The notes under the pieces were generated by a model, which was not told the DNA's origin, made no database searches, and worked only from the letters and a program-made list of their open reading frames with translations. A stretch of 64,000 nucleotides of DNA from Lama glama (taxonomy: Eukaryota), in NCBI GenBank assembly GCA_028534125.1, contig CM052816.1:14510001-14574000 (forward strand), written 5' to 3'. Each line of letters begins with the position of its first letter. Position 1 is the first letter of the stretch. Shown piece after piece: positions 24,445 to 36,234 of the stretch. A program made the translations under genes and the position numbers.

Positions 24445-24895
24445 TTAGAATCAAGTCCAACTCCTCACTGAGGCCTACAACTCCACCCTGTCCCATACTG
24501 GCCTCCAATCCCACTGGCTTCTTCAGTTCCTTGAATACAACAATCTCTCCTTGCCACAGGGCCTTTGCACAATCTGTCCCCACCACTTTGAATGCTGTTC
24601 TCTACCTTCTTTCTCTAGTTAAAGCCTATTTCCTCTAGATGTCAGGAAGTCTAGGGTGGTCCACCCTTCTCCTTCCACAGTAAATCAGGTTTCCTTGTTA
24701 GATGCTTTCATATTATCAAGTTCCATTAGTCAGATCCCTTATCTCACTTGGTAATTATACATCAATTCTTGTGCTTATCTGATATTTATATCTGGGTTCC
24801 CCGCCAGAAATACAAATCTTGAGAGAGCTGGGATTTTGTTTGTATCCCAGCTGTTAGCACAGTGGAAGGCACTTAATAAATACTTGTTGAATACA
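24445..24895 (+). mobile_element. L2 LINE 3' fragment
   Basis: cacagggcctttgcacaatctgtcc...ggcacttaataaatacttgttgaat. Confidence 0.85.
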
Positions 24896-24969
24896 TACTT
24901 ATGGATGCGGGGGTCAGCTCTGGGCCCCACCACTGCTATGAGTCCTCAGTGACATACCAGGCATCACAG

Positions 24970-25260
24970 AGGAGGGGAACAGGATGAGGAAGGGATTCAA
25001 AACCATGGACTAAACCATGGACAAATTCCAAGAGGCCTGTCACATGCCAGAGGAGGACCACATTAATATGGGAGCCAGAAAGTGAAGGACTGGGCTGTTA
25101 CCGGGAGGTGGGTGAGGCTCCTTCTAAGGAAGGACTTATAATAATGAGAAATTTCAGGAGCGGAACAGGTCCCTTATAAGTTAGTGAGTTCCCTGTGCTT
25201 GGAGGCCTGTAAGCAGACAGGGGAAGAGAGAGGGGGCCCTGAAGTCTACCTTGAAGCCAG
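24970..25260 (+). mobile_element. L3/CR1 LINE fragment
   Basis: aaggaaggactt...tagtgagttccctgtgcttggaggcctgtaagcagac resembles the L3 3' end. Confidence 0.6.
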
Positions 25261-26273
25261 AGTACTGTGATTGGGGTCTTCCAGCAGACTAGGTCCCTCA
25301 ACCCCACTGTTAATCAGTTCTTTCAGCTGTAAAACAGGGGCCTCAGGAGCCCAGGGGTATTGTCAGGGGCAGGGCCTTTCCAGCTCCATTCTTGGTGGCC
25401 ACTCTTCCCCCTCATCCGTGCCTAGATCGGAAAGGGCCAGGGAAGGAGGGGAAGGGGGGAGGGCGGGGGAGGCTCTTCCGTATAAGTCTTAAGTGGCTCC
25501 CCAGCTGGAGCGATGGTGCACAGTTTAAGTGGAGTTTACAGACAATGGATCCCTCTGGGGCCTGGAGGGGAAGGAAGCTGAAATGCAGGACCATTCTGTG
25601 AATTCCCAAGTTCTTTGTGTCCATTGTGTGGGGAACAATGCTGTTTGCGCAGCACGTTCATTCAAGGTGGCAGGGAGGGTGGTTAGGCCCCAGTGTTGGG
25701 GGGAGGTTCTTGGAGGGGCGGGCTGCTCAGGAATGGGGGATGCTTTCAGGGAAGGATGGAAGCTGGAGGAGGTGGGGGTGGGCCACAAGGGATGCAGGGG
25801 TGGGCTGAGGTTCCAGGGCAGTTCCCCAAAAAGGAAGAATTGCTCCCTTCCATTCCTCCCTCCTTCCCAAGGGATTTGAAGCTTCCAAGGCTTCTGACCT
25901 TGACCTTAATGTGTTGATCAAAGGCTACAAGGGACTGGGGGGAAGGATAGAGCTGTCCATTTACCAAGTGACCTTGGACAGGTCAAGTCCTGCTTAAGGC
26001 TTCACATTCTCGCTCTGTTTCCACGGTTGAGGGGTTGGCCTAGAGACGGTCTCACATCTCTGCCAGTTCAGATGGCCGTTGGACCAAAGCTAGTCTCCCC
26101 TCCCCCCTCACCACGCCCCTGACCTCACCAAGCTTGGGCCCCTCCCAGATCCCCAGAGTCTTGCCCAGCAGTGCCCGGTCTTGGTTGCTAGAGGAGGCTG
26201 TGCGTCCTCACAGTGAAGGAAGAGATGCAGCCCCATTTTCCATCACAGACCCTCACTAAGACTATCCCTCCTT

Positions 26274-26416
26274 GGGAGGAGGGCATAGTTCCGTGGTGAA
26301 GGCATACTTAGCATACATGAGGTCCTGGGTGCCATCCCCAGCACCTCCATTAAAATAAATAAATAAACAAACAAATAAACAAGCCTAATTCCCCTCCCCC
26401 CCAAAAAAACAAAACC
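26274..26416 (+). mobile_element. tRNA-derived camelid-type SINE (vic-1-like)
   Basis: gggcatagtt...cttagcatacatgaggtcctgggt...ccccagcacctccattaaaataaataaa...cctaattcccctcccc; 16-bp TSD aagactatccctcctt (26258-26273) / aagaatatccctgctt (26417-26432). Confidence 0.85.
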
Positions 26417-26479
26417 AAGAATATCCCTGCTTTTGCATATATTATCTCCTGCTGCCTGGATTAAAAGCCCTGCTCTCCC

Positions 26480-26645
26480 GCTAGCTGACTCACCTTAACC
26501 TCTCTAAGCCTCAGTTTCCCCTCTGTAGAACACACAATGACACTGATATCTACATCACTGGGCTGTTACAAAAGTTAAATGAGGCAGTGCACTTAAAGCG
26601 CTGTGTCTGAAAGGGACGTAGGGCTCATAGACGTTCGTTCACCAC
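26480..26645 (+). mobile_element. MIR SINE fragment
   Basis: cttaacctctctaagcctcagtttccctctgtagaa...gggctgttacaaaagttaaatgag. Confidence 0.8.
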
Positions 26646-26652
26646 GTAGGTA

Positions 26653-26811
26653 TAGTCCTCCCTCCCCGCGGGTTTCACATCTTCAGACAAGGAGAGCCCA
26701 CCATATACACTGCACTATGCCATTTTCATATAAGGGACTTAAGCATCCTCGGATTTGGGTATCCACAGGGGCTCCTGGAATGAGTCCCCCATGGATACCG
26801 AGGGCTGATTG
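26653..26811 (-). mobile_element. TcMar-Tigger MITE (MER2-like)
   Basis: tataagggacttaagcatcctcggatttgggtatccacagggg...catggataccgagggctgattg, flanked by TA on both sides. Confidence 0.8.
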
Positions 26812-27743
26812 TACCTGTACATAATTACCGTCTGTTTTTTAGATAAGGAAATCAAGGCTCAGAGAAGGAAAGTATCACACAGTGACTAAATTAGGCCATT
26901 ATAATTCAAACCCAGTCTGGTTGATTCTAAAGCTGAGCTGCTGACCACGCTCAGGGCCTCCTGCAGGGATGGGACAGATGCTGCTCTGAGCAGGCCTCTC
27001 CTGACTTTCCAATAGCACCTGCCAAAGCTCAGAAAGCCAAGGAGTTGTGTTTTTTAACCAGGGCTGGGGTCTGAGACTCTCCTGTAGCCCTTCCCATAAC
27101 CCCACAGTAAACCGGGACCTCCCCCACCCGTCAACAGCCTCCGCAAGGTAACACCTCACACGGGAAGAGGCGCCAGTGCCTTGGTTGGGAGCAGCCTTGG
27201 TGCTCCTGGGCTGAGTTCCAGGGCCGAGCCATTGCATCTGGCCTCCGAGCTATACTTTGGCTGGTTTTGGAGAGAAAACCTGAGCCTGGAGGCTGAGACC
27301 TGGCCCCGTGTTGCTCTGTGGCCTTGGGCCCATCACGGGAGCCTGTCTGGGCCCTGGATCTTCACAGAGCCAGAGCCGGCAGAGACACAGGCCCATGAAC
27401 TGAGACAGAGCTGGGAACAAGAAGAGCAGGGGCCCAAGCCTTGGGGACCCACAGGTTGTGGGGCGGCGCACTGAGCCATGGCTCCTGCCCATGCCTATCC
27501 TACCCCTCCATCCACACTGGTCCAGCCTCACTCTCACTCTCACTCCCACTCACTCAGCCATTTCTCTTCCTGGTTCACGGAGCTCTGTTGAATGAGAGGA
27601 GAAAGAAAGGGAGGAGTCGGGGAGAGAGTGGTGTCCACTCTGCCAATGTAAAGCAGTTCTTGTTCTATGAATGAAGGTGATGTGGGTTCAGGGTGGAGGG
27701 AGGCGGGTGGAGGGAAGCACTGGGTAGGGCAGCCTGGGATGGG

Positions 27744-27757
27744 GTTGCCATGGGAAC
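27744..27757. promoter_or_regulatory. RFX X-box motif
   Basis: GTTGCCATGGGAAC, 13/14 match. Confidence 0.55.
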
Positions 27758-28315
27758 AGCAGCCTGTCAGGAGCCCTGCCTTCAAAGCTGAGGTGCCAGT
27801 GTTGCAGGTTCCTGGGGGAGGCAGGAGGTGGATGGCGGATGCATGTCTGGGGTGGGGGAGCAGTTCTGATGTGAGCCCCGTGGGACACCAGCTCCTGGAT
27901 TCCAGATCAAAACCCTAACCCGAGAGAAAGGCGGCATCATGCGATGCTTCCTGGCAGACACCCCTCAGCCTCAAACCCTCACTTGCTGAGTGTAAGGCAG
28001 GCATGCGGGTGGAATCTACACCGTGGGGGAGGCTGTGATTGAAGTCCTCCCCAACACTACCCTCTTTGCCTCAAATGGGGCAGGAGGGAGAGGGGCTCTT
28101 ACTCTGTAGGGGAGGGGAAGGGGAATGGGGCTTTGCTTTGTCCTCCAGGCCAGAGTCAGGGGCCGGGTTCCATAATGATACAGTCACCTGAGGCCCCTGG
28201 CTGCAGTTCCCTCAGGGTGGCCTTGGGGCCTGGGAATGGGACTCAGAGAGAAGTACTTGAGTGTGTGAGCTCTCCAACTGCATGCTCACTCCCACCACCC
28301 GACACCGTGACCCTC

Positions 28316-28334
28316 TGGCCACTAGGGGGTGCCA
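28316..28334 (+). promoter_or_regulatory. CTCF core motif
   Basis: TGGCCACTAGGGGGTGCCA versus consensus TGGCCACCAGGGGGCGCTA. Confidence 0.6.
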
Positions 28335-28454
28335 TGAACAGCATCCCTGGGAATTGCAGGACAGGTCAGTTCTGAGACCTCAGGAGGCCCAGTGAGGCAG
28401 AGTGGCTGGGATGTGGCCTCGGGGCACTTGCTTTTCATGGGCTGGTACTGCCGG

Positions 28455-28630
28455 CACTGGAGTCATGAAAACCTGGGTTTGAGTCCTCGCTTTCCTTTTA
28501 CTAACTGGGCGACCTCAGGCAAGTTACTTCACTTGAGCCTCGGTTTTCTGGTCTGTAAAGTGGTGATGGCAAGAGCACCCAGCCCGAGGAGCTGTGGGGA
28601 GAATGTGTGCTTCAGGCCTTCGGCACAGCA
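28455..28630 (+). mobile_element. MIR SINE
   Basis: acctgggtttgagtcc...gacctcaggcaagttacttcacttgagcctcggttttctggtctgtaaagtgg. Confidence 0.85.
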
Positions 28631-29141
28631 CAGAGGAACAGAACCTCCACAAAGGCAACTCTTGCTGTCAGGGGGAACCATGCAGAGCGGGAGAACGGAG
28701 GGAGAAGCAAAGTGGCAAGCCTTCTTGGAGAAGAGAAAAACCAATCTGATGAGAGAATCAGGGAGGGCTTCTGGGATGTGGTACCTGATGCGAGGCTGAA
28801 GGAAGGACAGGATTTCTGTGGCTGGGGAAGGGGAGACGGGGTACTGGGCAGAAGGAGCTTCAGTGAGGACAGGCATCGAGGGCTCTTCCTTTACTTTCTT
28901 TAATCCCTGTAGTGTAAACTGGCAGCCTGAGGCATCTCTCCCCTACATCCCTATTTCCAGAGGCTCTCCCACCCTCCAGGAACCCTGTCCTGGGCTCCCT
29001 CCTCCTGCCCCTCCTCCTCTTCCTCTCTCTCTCACTCCTCCTATTTCCCTCTCTCTCCTCCTTCCTTCTTCCCCTCTGGGAAGTCAGCTCAGAGAGAGCA
29101 AGTTGCACACATGGGGACCACTGCTCTGTGAGGGCTTAGGC

Positions 29142-29361
29142 CAGTGGTTCTCGACTGGGGGCGATCTTGCCCCCCATGGGACATTTGGCAACATCTGGAG
29201 ACATTTTCGGTTGTCACAACTGGGTGGTGAGGGTGCACTATGACTTCTAGCGGGCCAGGGATGCTGCTAACTGTCCTACCACACACAGGACAGCCCCCCT
29301 CCCCCACGACAAAGAGGAACCCAGTCCCAAATGTCAATAGTGCTGGGGCTGAGAAACCAGG
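29142..29361 (+). mobile_element. MER20 (hAT-Charlie), full length
   Basis: cagtggttctcgactgggggcgat...gggacatttggcaacatctggagacattttcggttgtcacaactggg...cccaaatgtcaatagtgct...tgagaaacc. Confidence 0.92.
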
Positions 29362-29589
29362 CTCGGAGAACTGCAACTGGGGAGAAACAGCCTCTGCCCC
29401 AGGCCCCTGATGTCCCACCTCCAGACCCCCACCCACAGGCTCCCCTCCTCTCCCCCATCTCTCCCCTTCTTCTAGTCTGGCCCTAAGCATCCTCTGGCTT
29501 CACACTCCCACCACTCCCCGGCCTATACCCCTTCCTCCAGGGTTGTGCCCCCCTTTTTTCCTCCTCTCCCTCAGCTGGGGCGGCGGGGG

Positions 29590-29930
29590 CCTGTCAGGCA
29601 GGAGTCAGCCTGCAGGCTGCACGAGGCTTCAGAGACCGAGCTGCCTGCTGCACTCGGTGCTGCTGGCCCACTGATTGGCCGAGGCTGCTGTTTCCATGGT
29701 GATCCCCAGCAAAGCCCAAGGCCCCCCTTGCCAGCCCCTCCCCCCACAAGCCCTATTCAGGGGCGAGAGCAGCGACAGGCAGGTTAATAAAACAGGAGCC
29801 GCGTGAGGAGCCGGGCTGTGGGCCGAGGTCCCAGCGTGGTGGCCCTCCCAGAGGAGAGAGGGAAGGATGGGGGTGGGGAGTGAGGAACTGGCTTGCTGCC
29901 CAGTCAGCGCCCTTCCCACTCCAGCCAATG
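29590..29930. promoter_or_regulatory. candidate proximal promoter/enhancer (CCAAT, X-box, TATA-like)
   Basis: CTGATTGGCC 29671-29680, GTTTCCATGGTGAT 29690-29703, TTAATAAAA 29784-29792, local CpGs. Confidence 0.4.
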
Positions 29931-30099
29931 GAGGGGACTCTACCCTCAGCATGCTCCAGGGCTGCACTAGCTCTCGGGGATGGGGGTTCAGACCCTGGAG
30001 TGTACCTTTCTGCAGTCACCTCTGGGGGTAACGTCCCCTCCCCCATGGGGACCACTGGACCCCATAACTGGAATGGGAGGAGTCCTGAGGCTGGGGATG

Positions 30100-30480
30100 G
30101 GAAAGGAAAGAGATAGGGATGGGGTAAAAGAGAGAAATGGTAGTGAAAGATTAGAATGGGAATCAGAAAGGAGACTGGGGTGAGATGGGGATGAGGTGGG
30201 AGATCAGTTGAGGATGGGCATGGAGAAGAAGACGAAGAAGAGAATGAGGAAGGAGCTGAGGATGAGGCTAAGGGGAAGAAGGAGTGAGTTGGATGAAATG
30301 GAGGGTGGAGAATGGTAGACACTGGGGATAGAGGTGAGGCCAAGATGGGGATAGAGAGGGAGCTGGTGGAGGGTGCCAGGTGGAGGCGGGGATGAGAGAT
30401 TGGGATGGGAGGTGAGACTGAGTGAGATGAAGAAGGATGGAGCGGGAGGAGATGGAGTGAGCAGTAAAGGGTGACATGGG
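30100..30480. repeat. GA-rich low-complexity tract
   Basis: ~380 bp with very few C on the + strand. Confidence 0.8.
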
Positions 30481-31189
30481 GAGCATCTGGGGATAGGCAC
30501 AGCCTCTGGCTTGTTCACCACTTACCCTCGCACGCAGCCTGGCCAGAGTAGGTGCTCAGTAAGTATATGCATGTTACATAGTCGGTGCTCAAAACATGTT
30601 AGTAGAGGGAATGAATGGAGTGGGAACTGGTGGGCTGGGGATGCTGGGAGCATGTTTGCACTGGAATTAGTGGCCACAGCAACACCAAAGCCACTCTCAC
30701 CACCCAATAATCAACACTGAGTGCTTCTCATTTAGTACTTTCAATAATCCTTTGAGGCAGGCACTATTACCATCTGACAGAGGTTCAGAGAGGTTGAGTA
30801 ACTTGCCCAAGGTCACAAAGCTCTGATCCCAGCTTCAGAAATTGTGGACACATGGTCAACTTCGTGTCTGGACATGGGTACTTCTGGCCAGAGACCCAAT
30901 CCACACAGATTGGTAGCAGGGAAGGACAGGGAGTCTGTGTCGCAGGGGCTGAAGGCTAGAGTCTGGCTATGATGCTGAGCTGGGTTGCCATCCCTGACTC
31001 AATCACTTGCTGGCTCCGTGAGTCACTTTTCCCTGCTGGTGGAGATGCTGCTTTGCTATTGTTTGGGGCATCACTGTAGTCCCAGCTCCCTCCCTGTGAC
31101 AGACCCTCCAGCAGGGCTTGTAGTGCTGTCCCTGAGGTCGCCCATTTTGAGACAAGAGGGGAGCCTAGTGCTGAAGTCCTAGAACTGGA

Positions 31190-31375
31190 GTGAAAATGGC
31201 TTTGGAGTAAAATAGAATAGCTTGGCTCTCTGTGGTGTGGCCTTGGACGGATGACTTCCCTTCCCCACGCCTCTGTTTTCCCATCTATAAAATGGAGACA
31301 TGATACCTCCTAGGGAGTTAATGTAGATGATATCTGGGAAATGACTGGCACAGAGAAAGTTCTCAATAAATGCTG
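31190..31375 (+). mobile_element. MIR SINE
   Basis: ggctttggagt...gtggccttggac...gcctctgttttcccatctataaaatggaga...gttctcaataaatg. Confidence 0.85.
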
Positions 31376-31719
31376 GTTTCCTGCTCCCGAGGCCAGGCTG
31401 GCCCGGAAGGTGCTTGCTTCTCCTTCTGGGAAATGTGGGACCCTTCCTCCAGGCCCCAGAGGGAAGAAGCGGGAGAAGGGAGCGTCTGTGTTGTGTCTGT
31501 GTTGTCCCCACATCCAGAGGACTCAGTGGGAGAGGTGGAGATCCAATTCCATAGGCCTAGAAAAAAGGTTGGGATTGGGGGTGAGCTCCAGGTGATGAGG
31601 ACACGTTTTTGTCTCCCCAGGAGGGGTAAGTGGATCCAGGATGAAGGCATGATGGGGAATTCCTCCCCATCACATCACCCCCCTCAACATTCTCCAGCCC
31701 TCCTGTCACCCCCAGCTGA

Positions 31720-32520
31720 GCCAGGCAAGGCCGCGGAGAGGCCAAGCCTGGGCACAAGAACGCGAGCCCTTGCCGCCCCTCCAGCCTGCCCGTGGCCAGT
31801 CGGGCTCCCGGGGGCACGGCCGAGTGGCCAGGCCAGCGGCGAGGAGCCCGGGCCTGGGAGGGCAGTGGAGGCTGCAGCAACCTGAGCACTCGATAAACCA
31901 TTAATTCTTAATAAACGACAGGCTGTGCATTATTTAACAATAATGATACTTTCTGTTCCATTATAGATTAAAACACCGGCCTCTTCTTATTAATCCTGCA
32001 TTTCAAAAGCTTGTAAATCCTGCGCAGCCGGAGGAGATAAAAGCCGGCTCATCCCCATGCCGGGGCTGACACGCTCGCGCTGACACTGTGGCTCTGCGGC
32101 CGGGCCTCCGTGCGCACACGCGTGTGCCCCGCGCCCACCCCGCCCCGAGGCGAGGCGCGTCCGGGAGCCAGAGCGCAGCTGCAGGTGCGGGGTGGCCTGC
32201 ACTCTCCGGCTCGCCTCTCTCTCTCCGAATCTCCTCTGTCTCTCATTTTCCTTCCTCCCTCTCAGCATTCTTCACTTTTTCTGTTTGTTCTTTCCTATCT
32301 TGCTTCTCTCTCTCTTTGTATATTTCTCTTTGTTTTCTCTGTCGCAGCTACTTCCTCTTTCTCCTGCCACCCCTCCTCCCCGCTCCCCCTCCCTCATCGC
32401 ACGCGTACATCACCTGCTTCTCCCTCCTTTACCTTCACACCGTTCAACCAAACAGCCCCACAATATGCACAGACTCTATCCCCATATGGTCTTTCCTTTT
32501 CTCAGGGGTTCGCTGCGGGA
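31720..32520. promoter_or_regulatory. CpG island-like region with AT-rich core
   Basis: Dense CpG at 31730-31870 and 32020-32230 around AT-rich 31892-32020. Confidence 0.6.
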
Positions 32521-33154
32521 TGGGGCGGGTGAAAGGAAGAGAACTCATTAGAGAAGGAAAAGGAGGGGCCCAGAAAGTCCTGAGACCCCACAGGTTGGGT
32601 GGATTCTGACTTTGAACCCTCTTGATATACTGACAGCTGCACAGGGACCATCCAGTGCAGGCCTGAGGGATGCTCAGTGTCCCTCTGTGTTGCCCCCAGG
32701 CTCCGTTTACTCCCGCCTCCGGACGGGGAAATCACTACCTCAGGAGGCAGCCTCTTACTAGTACAAAACTCCTATTATTCAAAAGCGGCTTCAATAGGAG
32801 CCCAGATGGACTTTTAGACCCCCTCTGGCAAGTGACAGGCCTAGCCCAGCCGCACCTGCACCCTGCCCCCACGTCTCCAGTCTCACCAGCCCAACATTCC
32901 TCCAGGCCTCCTGTGCCAGTGGGTTGGGTTCCCTCTTCCTCCTGGTTCACCTGCTCTGTGCCTCCAGGGTGAATCAGAGGACTACTAAAGGTGGCCCCAA
33001 AGCCAACCACAGCCCTTCCTGTGGCTCAGCCAGAACAGGTCAGCTAGACCCTCCTCCAATCTGGGGATCAGAAACCAGAACTTAGGACTCCGGAAGAAAA
33101 TTCACTCTGACCTTGAATGTCTCTCCCAGGGTCACTGTGAAAAATAACATCTGT

Positions 33155-33365
33155 CATCATTTATTGAACTCTTACTTCATGTTAAGCATGCCACTGATAC
33201 GCCTTATCTCATTCAATCCTCTGAGATTCATTCTAAAATTATTTACATTTTGCAGATGAAAAATCAGGCTTAGGGAGGGATCAAGTTAACCTGGCCATGG
33301 TCACACAGCTAGGCAAGTGGTGAAGTCAGAATTTGAACCTGGTACTGTCTGACTCCGAAGCATTT
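33155..33365 (-). mobile_element. MIR SINE
   Basis: catttattgaactcttact...cattttgcagatgaaaaatcaggcttagg...ggtcacacagctag...atttgaacctgg. Confidence 0.9.
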
Positions 33366-33824
33366 AAATTCAGCAGGAGACTATAGCCCTAGAGGGCTCA
33401 CCTTAGATCTTCTCCCCAGATATTTGGAACTAAAAGTGTCCTTTTGGTCCCCTGGCCCTTCAAAGTCGGAGCGACTGGTGTCCCTGAAGCGAAACTCTCT
33501 CTCAGGGCTGGCCTAACCGTGTCCCACCATGGGCTATCCAGGTGGAGGTGTAGATCAGCTGGGGGCCTATGGTGGCTCTGTTTGCACTTGTTGGACATTT
33601 AATCAGGCAGAGGAGGAAGAGATGGTCCCTAACACTGCCTGACCGCCCTCACATGCCAGGTTCTATCATCCCCTATAATCCCTACTACAGCTCGGTGCAG
33701 TCAGTGGGTATTGGCCCCATTTTAAAGAGTGAAAAACTGAAGCTCAGAGAGCTTAAGTTCAAAGGCATCCATGCTTACCCCTTGCTCAGGAGTCTTGGAC
33801 CTTGAGTGTGATGCTTCTTTACAG

Positions 33825-33844
33825 CGTGTGTGCGTGTGCGTGTG

Positions 33845-33881
<37 letters not shown>
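33825..33881. repeat. (TG)n/(CG) microsatellite
   Basis: Directly visible. Confidence 0.95.
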
Positions 33882-33884
<3 letters not shown>

Positions 33885-36234
33885 GGGTAAATGGGAGAGG
33901 AACAGGGGTTGGCTTCAAGAAACAGAGAGACCTGGAGATGGGAGGTGAGCAGCTTTCTTCTTTTCTCGAAACGTACAAATGGGAAATTTAACTTGATCCC
34001 TTGTGGTTTCTGGGCCAACCCGAGTGAAGTCGGATGGCTTTTGCAAAGGAAAATTTTATCCATTTTCTGGGCTTTATGGGTCTTCCTCAATGAGCAAAAC
34101 CTCTCTTGTTGGTGCTTAGAGAGGATTTCTCTGCGTGGCCCACAGTGATGCCGTGTAATCTCCCAAAAAATATGGTACTAATATTCACCGGGTTAGGGTT
34201 AGTTATTTTTGTGTCTTTGTCATTTTATTTCTCGGCAGCTCTTCCCGCTGCCTGGAAAGGACGTGGCGGACACTTTATTTCCAGAGTCATATTTTTTAAT
34301 TTGATCAAGGCAAATTTCACCCATTCTCTGTATAAATTATTTAACTCATTTCTTTTAGGTTAAATGTCTCAATAGGAAGATAGAAAGTCTTTCCATCACA
34401 TTTTCTTCCAGGATTTTAATCAGCTCCTCTAGATGGTATAAGTTCTTGCTCAGTCCTCCATCCTTCTCTGTCTTTACGTCTCTCTCCCTCCCTCCCCTGC
34501 TCTCTCCCTATCTGCGCTTCTCCATCCTCTGCCCCCAACTCCTCCTGAGTCCCTTGGCCCGGCCCCATCCCGGTTTCGGTCCCATGACTCTGGGTGGGGA
34601 TGAGGGGAAAAAACATAAGGGGAGCCTGAACACACAGGGCCCCTCTAGTACACACTGCATCTCCGTGGTTGGATGAATTTACCGAAAGGCACCCTTCCTC
34701 TGAGCTGACATAGCCCCACAGGTCCCTGGCTTGGCCAGCAGAGTGAGGGCTGAGTGTCAGGCCCCGCTGGCCCCCTCGGCCAGGTCTCTGTGTGCTCCCC
34801 TGCCTCTTCCTACACCTGTGTCCCGCCACCTCCATTCTCCTGCTAAGGCTGTCATCTCCTTCTGAATTTAAATACGTGAGCCTCTCCCCAAATTCCAGCT
34901 CTGTTTCCTAATGAAACACTCTATCGTATTCCATCAATCACCTCTTGTCACAGGCTGGTTTCCTTAGTGTCTTACTTCACTCTGGTCTGTTCCCTCAGCG
35001 CCAGGGCCCTCGGTGCAGTACCCACCCCCTCCCACCTTGGGGGGATGCCTGACTGCTAAGAGTGCAGGGCTGGGGGGAAGGGGGCTAGGGCAGAGGTTTC
35101 AAGGCCTGAGAGGTGGTGCCGCAGAGGAGGGAGGGCTTGCCTCAGCCAGGCAGCCTCATCTCCGGCCCCAGGCCCTGTCCAGAGGGGCAGAAATGGGCAG
35201 AGCAAGCTCATTACCCCGTGCAGTCTCCCTTCCCTCCCATCAGTGTTTCAGCCAAGAACAAGTCTCCAGTGGGAATTCCCTTTCCTCTTACTTTTAAAAT
35301 ATACAGTAATTAACAAACTAGTGCTATTAACTGCGACAACGAGGAAATTACAGTAAAATCACTGCGAGGAGTCCACAAGCCGTCAGCCTGGTGGTGGGTG
35401 GGTCTCAGCTCAGACTGGAGGGGAGGGACCCAGCCTGGGCCCAGGTATCATCATCTCACCCACAGCGGGGGCCCCTCAGGCTGGAAACTTCTGCAAGGCC
35501 TTGGAGTCCTCGCAGGCCAAGCCAGGGCTGGGGCGCAGCTGCTGCATTTCCTGTGCAGGAAGAGCCAGGACCCCGGCCATTCTTCCAGGCCGGGAGGTTT
35601 GTTCTTTTATGAAACCTTTAAATAATAGAGTTGTGACCTGGCGCTGACCTGTCTGTGAGGACATAGCCCCTGCTCTGGAGCAGGCCCAGGGACTTCTCTT
35701 CAAGGTCACAGGAGGTTTCAACCAGACAGGCCTCCAGAAGATGCGGCTCAAAGAGAGCCACGGGCAGGGCCCGCTGGACCACTGCGACCTCCTTCCCTGG
35801 CGTTACGGAAGCATCTTTAGGGCCGCCCTGTCCCTCCTTCTGCATTTCTTCCAGCAGAGTCAGGCTAGGCCTTTCCTTTCAGGGGAGATTTCGCACAGGC
35901 ACAGCCAAAGACCCCAGGAAGGAGTAGGCTTGTGGTTGCTCGGTTGTCTGAAGTCTGTTTACAGTCTGACTTCAGTCCTTCATGCTGCAGCCTTGTGTAA
36001 TTTTCCATGGTGAATTTCCAGCAAGCCTGGCCCGTGAATTCGAGGGCCCCTTCCTACGCATGTCTCCCTACACCTGGTTCACAATCTCCCCTAGTGGTCC
36101 TCTGAATCCCCTTCCTCCATCAGTCAGCCATGGTGACCAGGAAGGGCATCCTCTTCTCATCCTCCCTCCCTCGACTTTGACTCCACTTGCATACTGACAA
36201 ATGTCTGCTCAGAACTTCTAAAAATTCTGTTCAG

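Noticed and set aside
34190..34202. Telomere-like GGGTTAGGGTTAG
   Set aside because: Only two units; not an interstitial telomeric array.
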